From the IMG/VR virus record IMGVR_UViG_2617271113_000004, positions 64,001-128,000 of that record: a stretch of 64,000 bases of DNA; one strand, 5' to 3'. A program made the translations under genes and the position numbers. The stretch is from a virus (taxonomy: Duplodnaviria; Caudoviricetes). The notes under the pieces were generated by a model, which ran no database searches, was not told the origin of the DNA, and saw nothing but the letters and a program-made list of their open reading frames with translations. Of this stretch, positions 58,801 to 64,000 are shown in pieces; position 1 is the stretch's first letter, and every line of letters begins with the position of its first letter.

Positions 58801-59376
58801 CCTGATCATATACGTGATCTCCAATTTGAAGAAATTGAAGTGAAGTTAAACAACTATATTGGAGACATCGCAGATATGGCTCGTGATAAGATTGCAGAGC
58901 TTATGAGTATGTATCCAGCTAAAGATATTGGATATGTATCTTACTATGTAACATATGTAGATCGTAAGAAAGAAGCATCTCTCTCTTTCCCATGGACTGT
59001 AGCACGTGAAGCATTTATTCAGACACTTTCTTATGTGGAGAATAAAGAGAAGCAAGATCAACTTACTGCGAATGAAGTTGTAGACAATAATATTACACTT
59101 GCTGTATGTATTCCTGATGCGATTCAAGAGCAGTTTACAATGGAGAAAGTATTAGAAGGATTGCATAAGCAACCATCATTCATTCAAGCTGTAGGTGATA
59201 AGTATAGACTAATCATTGGTCAAACTGAAGTAGGCTTTGTATTTAATTCAGCTAAGAATATTAAGTCACTTCTAGGTCATGATAAGTATGAACTTAATAT
59301 CAGTACGTCTACACCTGGCCGTGGAACACGTACAGTTAACCTAGAAGTGAATGAACTAATCAAGATAGGAGCCTAA
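55870..59376 (+). CDS. YonO-like single-subunit DNA-dependent RNA polymerase (cellular RdRP-related)
   Basis: RTPSQAR, DGAIF, WQIRITPFVKG, GRNP, MGGADVDGD, KIGIATN, EIDAAKHG. Confidence 0.88.
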   Translation: MITMKNQTATVSNQSNQTKGDVIKMENRTMLKENGYLYTVQDILAALSKSEGFKSRDSKNFARVLRAMSEGKALLDILANPSLAGVPNNQVRYFTEFVENNKLAKRVYKPTRKGVLVPIADINLMEMQEDKVYSTIDYSEVNVDSYKEISESFLSETLASTPEMIEFTRNGKLIKQRMMLPMRHVFFVSLGLELPEEEADYDQEDFDNIHLRERVMKDGFYFTDENGEEGHAYFFLRTPSQARVLQAVFIDTAFMSPVQALKLLGHELIAYGSQDNEGNYVVKVDKMITRPGLAGTNTVASKTVDIGNIVEINHKGEQRLVGGVHTLRVVEDRQVEIKTGTYRAWDKEKQCFKEFDANEHPISLTAADGAIFCDEEIYHTLGAEFGQFNDAWQIRITPFVKGLMVFVPNLRAYYDDHIIAFKSAVKGDFANLITANPDFKPQLRIAMFNRNLNQEKTYTDMPYQFVQASSLNTSDLWKVMKPHLEKVGNALHDPSIMKKYVGLDKVIDADLFDQETEHYMIDQSRVSTFTSFLDMFDWTYEDVHMKRYALDVLKEKIADWKTGNVPVEGHYRYLMQDPYAVLEAGTKYTVRNENGDLMITNRGSYHIQPNEAFVPSAHEHKSNVYVAAGRNPMIAKGEWQVVRHRPIDMYNRAYKKGAFRNITLMSVHDMRLFAMGGADVDGDTALTVTDETIVQALKRKETSPVMDISFVEKDGNIEFLGDGVPYSKEMTGVYRMPEHLVDKQNNYKITFTKEQNTDELYEEVHKLGVDYVIRTLKPNKIGIATNIASILADAVRGLGYDLYLNNVSQDQVMTTIKQYENWIDILRLVQGWEIDAAKHGGAYQEVMKETLDFMDNPPESLSYLHKGLGRRVWNKPNWLAARVGKKGHDLGSVLSRLMDLVQQFEDNMLTNELERMHLEADSFSLLAKLNSAFQLDPAYFNELANHVKQLKASYGSAVRKTHQAAQDKKQVIIESNTPDHIRDLQFEEIEVKLNNYIGDIADMARDKIAELMSMYPAKDIGYVSYYVTYVDRKKEASLSFPWTVAREAFIQTLSYVENKEKQDQLTANEVVDNNITLAVCIPDAIQEQFTMEKVLEGLHKQPSFIQAVGDKYRLIIGQTEVGFVFNSAKNIKSLLGHDKYELNISTSTPGRGTRTVNLEVNELIKIGA

Positions 59377-60345
59377 CGCCTACAAGCTCCTATGCTGTTA
59401 GTATAGCATATCTAAAGTAGTACGACCATTGTTCGTGTATGGAGTCCAACATTGCTAGTTCCTCTTAGGACTAACTAGGATGTTGGTCTTCTATATACGA
59501 ATGTTATCTTATATTGCAAGGATAATGTTCGGATATAGAAGAAATCCTTCGGATAGGTGTATCAGCATAGCAATGCTCCCCTCTCCTCCCTACCGTTGCA
59601 TAGCGACACTGCCTTCGGCACAGCAGACCACCTCCGCCCGCTCCTTCTATTTGCCAGTTAAGCTTGCTAGCGCCCACTCTCACAGCACGTTCACCGACTA
59701 CACTAGTAGTATGCGGGTTATGTTTCAGCACAGCTCACTTGTCCACTATTTGTCAGCCTGTCGGCTAGCTCATTGAGTTATAGCCCCCACTATAGCTCGC
59801 TCACGCTTTCCTATTGCCCACTAATGGGTAAACCCTCGGTAACTCTGCATTCTATCTGCACGGCTCTCATTTTGCCTCCTAGAGGGCGGGGTGGGAGCAT
59901 TGCCGAGGGAAAAGTGTGTGTGCAGATGTAGCAAGCGTACCGATATAGATAGCTCTGCCGAAGAAGAAAGCTCAGCGTAGCTCTGCTTATCTATAGTCTA
60001 CATACTGCAACTATAAGCTTATTAGCTAGCTCATCCTCTGCTGTATATTTCTGTTCATACCAACATAGTAAGCGTACTGTATCTTTTAGTAGCCTATCCT
60101 CTCTGCCCCCTATTTATGTGAGCATAACCCCCCATTGTATCCGATCTTTTCGTTTGCGCTACTTATAAAAGTGCAGAGCTTCCCCACGGCCGACAACTAC
60201 ATAAGAGCTGCGGTACTAGCTTTCTTTATTGTTGGCTTTACTGTTTATTTTGTATGCTTATTGTAGTAGTATGACTGTATCAGTTAGCTTTACTTTTACT
60301 AAGTAAGACTTACTGTTTATTTGATGAACTCTTTCTTTTATCTTC
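59377..60345. other. About 1 kb non-coding, locally GC-rich, densely base-paired region (candidate ncRNA or origin)
   Basis: Many hairpins and long-range complements; no ORF with an RBS. Confidence 0.5.
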
Positions 60346-60372
60346 AAAACCCCCTATATAGTATGTAGTGCC
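60346..60372 (-). promoter_or_regulatory. Candidate phage-RNAP promoter motif, inverted copy 2
   Basis: Minus strand GGCACTAC-ATAC-TATATAGGGGGTTTT. Confidence 0.45.
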
Positions 60373-60607
60373 TTTCATAAGTAAGTAATGCTTAAGAAAA
60401 ACCCTCTCATATATTATTAACACCTGAAAAACCTTAGGAAATGCTACACTTCGATATAATTGTCACAAATTGTTCACATTATGTTCGTAATATATCGAGG
60501 TGAAAATGCGAACAAAGAGGTATCTTTATACTGACTTTATGTTATGATAGGTATTACATTGCCTGTCGGCAAGTTAGGTAGATATCACGTAATAGGGGTG
60601 CAAGAAA

Positions 60608-60796
60608 ATGACAGAGAGAGATTTATTAAAGTTTCAGTACCGTCTGGGATACTACGAAGAATTACTACAGAAGAAGTATACTACCTTTGCTCATATAGAG
60701 AAGCTAGATCGTTTGGAAAGAAAGATAGATGAATGGTATTTTTATTCTACAGAGTTATATGAAGAACAAGAAGAACTACAGGAATGTGTAGGTTAA
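60608..60796 (+). CDS. Small acidic helical protein
   Basis: RBS AGGGGTG; followed by hairpin AGAGGGAG/TTCCCTCT. Confidence 0.55.
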   Translation: MTERDLLKFQYRLGYYEELLQKKYTTFAHIEKLDRLERKIDEWYFYSTELYEEQEELQECVG

Positions 60797-60857
60797 ACTT
60801 CTATAGAGGGAGGTATACTCTTCCCTCTCTGTTATCTTACTAAGGAGGAAGTATGTC

Positions 60858-61004
60858 ATGCATCTATTAGAGAAACTCGATCTAGCTATAAGTAATTGTG
60901 TTTCAGGAGAGTCTGTATCGGTGGAATTTACATATGATGAACTACAGACAATACGTAAGATGGTAGTACTGTCTGCTTATGAAGATAGATTATCTAATGA
61001 TTAA
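60858..61004 (+). CDS. 48-aa hypothetical protein
   Basis: RBS AAGGAGG; MHLLEKLDLAI... Confidence 0.5.
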   Translation: MHLLEKLDLAISNCVSGESVSVEFTYDELQTIRKMVVLSAYEDRLSND

Positions 61005-61013
61005 TGGAGGTGA

Positions 61014-61187
61014 ATGATATTGTATAAGCTTACTACATATAAAGATGAGAAACTATTGCCTAATAAGCGTAGTTCATCTTATTCCCTATCTAATTATAAA
61101 GTATATGGTCTCCCCTCTCGCTATAGTTTTAGACCATTAAGAAGTGGTCCTGATTACATTTCTTCTAGTAAGTCATTTTATGTATAA
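61014..61187 (+). CDS. 57-aa basic hypothetical protein
   Basis: RBS GGAGGTG; MILYKLTTYK... Confidence 0.4.
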   Translation: MILYKLTTYKDEKLLPNKRSSSYSLSNYKVYGLPSRYSFRPLRSGPDYISSSKSFYV

Positions 61188-61375
61188 CGTCCCTTTTTAA
61201 TTGGGGGCGATTGGAAAATTATCTGAATTTTCCGTTACATTATCAGTTCCATATATCAATTCAGACGACCCACTTAGCCCTCCATTTATCTTCTTTAAGG
61301 CGGAGGAAGCAAAGTAGATTTATTAAGCTTATTCTTCTAGCTCTATTAAAAGAGTGAGCTTAGTTTTTTTAGGAG

Positions 61376-61783
61376 GTGACTTTCAATATCGGTAATGACT
61401 TTAGAGTAATTATTGCTGGCGGTAGAGATTTTAATAATTATGATGTGCTTTATCAATGTGCTAAGTGGGCTTTATTAAATTATATCCACTCAGATATTCC
61501 TATAACCATAGTAAGTGGAACAGCACGTGGTGCAGATTCATTAGGAGAGAGTTTTGCAAAAGATAACTCATTCTCTATACTCCCCATCCCTGCTGATTGG
61601 AAACGCTATGGGAAGAAAGCGGGTTATCTTCGTAATGCAGAAATGGCTAAACATGCTAATGCATTAATTGCGTTTTGGGATGGCCACTCACGTGGAACTA
61701 GACATATGATTGATCTTGCTTATAAACATAATCTTGAAGTCTTAATATTTGATTATCAAGGAAACTTAAATCGAGGTGATTGA
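61376..61783 (+). CDS. SLOG family protein (DUF2493/YspA-like)
   Basis: VIIAGGRDF, IVSGTARGAD, PADWKRYGKKAGYLRNAEMA, FWDGHSRGT. Confidence 0.88.
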   Translation: MTFNIGNDFRVIIAGGRDFNNYDVLYQCAKWALLNYIHSDIPITIVSGTARGADSLGESFAKDNSFSILPIPADWKRYGKKAGYLRNAEMAKHANALIAFWDGHSRGTRHMIDLAYKHNLEVLIFDYQGNLNRGD

Positions 61784-62057
61784 TATGTGCACCGAAGGTT
61801 ATGCATTCGTTAATAAATATGGAGAATATTTAACGCTTCATCATGTTTTGTATGAGAATATTGTTGTATGCTCTACTCCTACGTTAGAATCGGTTAATTT
61901 AATCCCTACGCTGCCCGAAGCAAAAAGAGCATATAATTTTATCGTAAACAACTTAGGATATTGGAACCTTATTACATTAGATGACAATGTTCCTGTAAGG
62001 ATAGTTAAAGTAACTAATCGCACAGTTATTCAAGACACTAATGTAGTTTTATATTAA
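61776..62057 (+). CDS. Hypothetical protein
   Basis: Overlapping ORF with GAGGTG RBS. Confidence 0.55.
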   Translation: MIDMCTEGYAFVNKYGEYLTLHHVLYENIVVCSTPTLESVNLIPTLPEAKRAYNFIVNNLGYWNLITLDDNVPVRIVKVTNRTVIQDTNVVLY

Positions 62058-62085
62058 TAGAACTTATATCGGAAGGATGATGTAA

Positions 62086-62181
62086 ATGAAAGTTAAATGC
62101 CCTTCATGTCATAAATCAGTTAAGCTTAGATCAAATGGTCATGCTGTCTGTAAATGTGGTGCTCACCATAAAGTTATCTAA
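62086..62181 (+). CDS. 31-aa zinc-ribbon microprotein
   Basis: RBS AAGGA; MKVKCPSCHKSVKLRSNGHAVCKCGAHHKVI. Confidence 0.55.
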   Translation: MKVKCPSCHKSVKLRSNGHAVCKCGAHHKVI

Positions 62182-62198
62182 TAGGAGTGTGTTATTAA

Positions 62199-62345
62199 AT
62201 GGGATTTCTCATATTAATCATTGCCGGCATATTCACTGGCTTCGGATTCATTATTGGAATTGAATATTGGAAACGTAAGAGTATCTTAGGCTATCAGAAT
62301 GGTTATGAAGATGGTATAGAAGATGCTTTTAGATTTAAACAATAG
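62199..62345 (+). CDS. 48-aa membrane-anchored peptide
   Basis: RBS AGGAG; N-terminal TM helix then GYQNGYEDG. Confidence 0.55.
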   Translation: MGFLILIIAGIFTGFGFIIGIEYWKRKSILGYQNGYEDGIEDAFRFKQ

Positions 62346-62352
62346 ATAGGAG

Positions 62353-63093
62353 TTGTATTATATGAAACGGATTTTAGCTATTAGCGACATACATGGATGT
62401 CTTGATGAATTAAATGCTATATTAGATCAAGTTAATTATTGTCCAGAAAAAGATCGTCTTGTTCTAGTTGGAGACTACGTAGATCGTGGGTTAAAAAGCA
62501 GGCAAGTGATTGAACGTGTAATGGACTTACAAGAGCATGGTGCTATTGTTCTTAGAGGAAATCATGACCAAATGTTTATTAACTGGTTGATTAAGCATAA
62601 CATTATAGATCAAGAACTGTATTTAAGTAATGGTGGTATTCACACAATAGAAAGTTATGTAGGTTATGATTTCTTTGAAGATGGAATCATCAATGATAAA
62701 TTACAGGAAGCAAAGCAAATTATATATACGCATTACAGAGATCACATTACATTCTTATACCACCTTCCCTATTATTATGAGATAAAAGACCATGTTTTTG
62801 TACATGCTGGTATTGATCCTCTACATGTGGATTGGAAATCAACTAGTTTAGAAGATATGCTTTGGATTCGTAAAGACTTTCTAGATCAGCCTCACTTACA
62901 TGACGTAACATTTGTTCATGGACACACACCTTGTTTTACAGCGCATGATAGCCATGACATATACTTTGATGATAAGAAGATTGGAATTGACGGAGCATGT
63001 GCGTATGGTGGTCAGTTAAATTGTCTTGAAATAAATGACAGCTCTTATGAAATGCATTACGTAAAAAGAAATGAAATACCCTCAAAACTTTAG
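62353..63093 (+). CDS. Calcineurin-like metallophosphoesterase (lambda-phosphatase/PrpA-type)
   Basis: SDIHG, GDYVDRG, RGNHD, FVHAG, HGHT, IDGAC. Confidence 0.92.
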   Translation: MYYMKRILAISDIHGCLDELNAILDQVNYCPEKDRLVLVGDYVDRGLKSRQVIERVMDLQEHGAIVLRGNHDQMFINWLIKHNIIDQELYLSNGGIHTIESYVGYDFFEDGIINDKLQEAKQIIYTHYRDHITFLYHLPYYYEIKDHVFVHAGIDPLHVDWKSTSLEDMLWIRKDFLDQPHLHDVTFVHGHTPCFTAHDSHDIYFDDKKIGIDGACAYGGQLNCLEINDSSYEMHYVKRNEIPSKL

Positions 63094-63137
63094 GGAGAAT
63101 ATTTATGAAATTTGCTGGGTAAAAGGAGATTTTTAAT

Positions 63138-63596
63138 ATGTCAAATGAAATACGTTTTTATTCTCGGAGTAAAAAATACTTTGAATTTAGTAATTTTAGC
63201 AATAATGGATTTACAATTCACAATGAATTTACAGGCAACTTATTTTATCCAACTGTAGAGCATTACTTTCAATCTCTTAAGTTTCTTGATCACTCATACT
63301 CTGAAAAAGTACGTACTGCCTCTACTCCAGGAGAAGCTAAAAGACTAGGTAAATCTCGTCAATATCCTATTCGTAATGATTGGGATGATACTCGTTTATA
63401 TGTAATGATGACGGCAGTTGAAGCTAAATTTTCACAAAACCCTGAGCTAGAGAAAATGTTAGTAGACACAGGCGATGCAGTACTTATTGAGGATTCTCCT
63501 TATGATTACTTTTGGGGAGCAGGAAAAAATAATACTGGTCAGAACATGCTCGGAAAATTATTAATGAATTATAGAGATAAACTGAATAGGTTATGA
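63138..63596 (+). CDS. NADAR (YbiA-like) family protein
   Basis: FSNF, YPTVEHYFQSLKF, AKFSQN, LIEDSPYDYFWG, GQNMLGKLLM. Confidence 0.92.
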   Translation: MSNEIRFYSRSKKYFEFSNFSNNGFTIHNEFTGNLFYPTVEHYFQSLKFLDHSYSEKVRTASTPGEAKRLGKSRQYPIRNDWDDTRLYVMMTAVEAKFSQNPELEKMLVDTGDAVLIEDSPYDYFWGAGKNNTGQNMLGKLLMNYRDKLNRL

Positions 63597-63599
63597 GCT

Positions 63600-63893
63600 A
63601 TGAGTAGTATACGTATCAACAGTTCTGATCAATATTATAAAGGCATTTTGCTTAATTGCATTTCACGTCGCTCATATAAAATGAATAAAGCTAAACGTTT
63701 TACTATTAATCATACCAATCAAAATGTATGGATACCTAATAAGCATTTACTTAATGATGGAACTATAAAGTATGGTGAAAATATAGACTATGTATTTCGT
63801 AAGGCTCAAAGGCAATTAGAAATAGCTGGTTACACTGGACCAATAGTTGGTATTAAAAGAAGCACTTTAACAACACATGGGATTAATAAATAG
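63600..63893 (+). CDS. Hypothetical protein
   Basis: 97-aa ORF directly after NADAR; QNVWIPNKHL. Confidence 0.55.
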   Translation: MSSIRINSSDQYYKGILLNCISRRSYKMNKAKRFTINHTNQNVWIPNKHLLNDGTIKYGENIDYVFRKAQRQLEIAGYTGPIVGIKRSTLTTHGINK

Positions 63894-64000
63894 TTTAAAC
63901 GAACAGGAAGGATTTTTTTATGTGCTTAGTTTGTAGTGGAGTAATTAATTATTTATGATTACTACTCTAATTCAAGACTGAAATTGACGATAAATAATAA

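Noticed and set aside
59480-59776. 98-aa (+) and 75-aa (-) ORFs
   Set aside because: Atypical composition, no convincing RBS; better explained by GC-rich structured non-coding DNA
59833-59927. Possible HDV-like ribozyme
   Set aside because: Crossing stems exist, but P3/L3 and the catalytic C junction could not be assigned
60474-60515. LexA/SOS box
   Set aside because: Only half-sites (GTTCG, CGAAC); no full CGAAC-N4-GTTCG

Overview
A 64-kb segment of a large Bacillota (probably Bacillus-like) contractile-tailed phage that probably also replicates as a plasmid (phage-plasmid). Minus strand, 1-48.7 kb: a virion morphogenesis operon with TerS, TerL, portal, protease/scaffold, decoration protein, major capsid, fibre/Ig proteins, neck, two sheath paralogs, three tube paralogs, two chaperone paralogs and three giant ~2000-aa proteins. 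One of the giants has a DEDDh exonuclease domain plus a DxDGD two-barrel RNA polymerase signature and is a candidate virion RNAP. 48.8-54 kb (minus): a ParM/ParR-type partition cassette, tRNA-Pro and tRNA-Asn interspersed with four tRNA-like RNAs with remodelled anticodon arms, and small accessory ORFs. 54.1-64 kb (plus): a probable early module with a type II hammerhead ribozyme, a YonO-like single-subunit RNAP, a ~1-kb structured non-coding region and SLOG, metallophosphoesterase and NADAR genes. A 27-bp inverted promoter-like motif brackets the RNAP module. All calls come from reading motifs by eye; no database searches were run.
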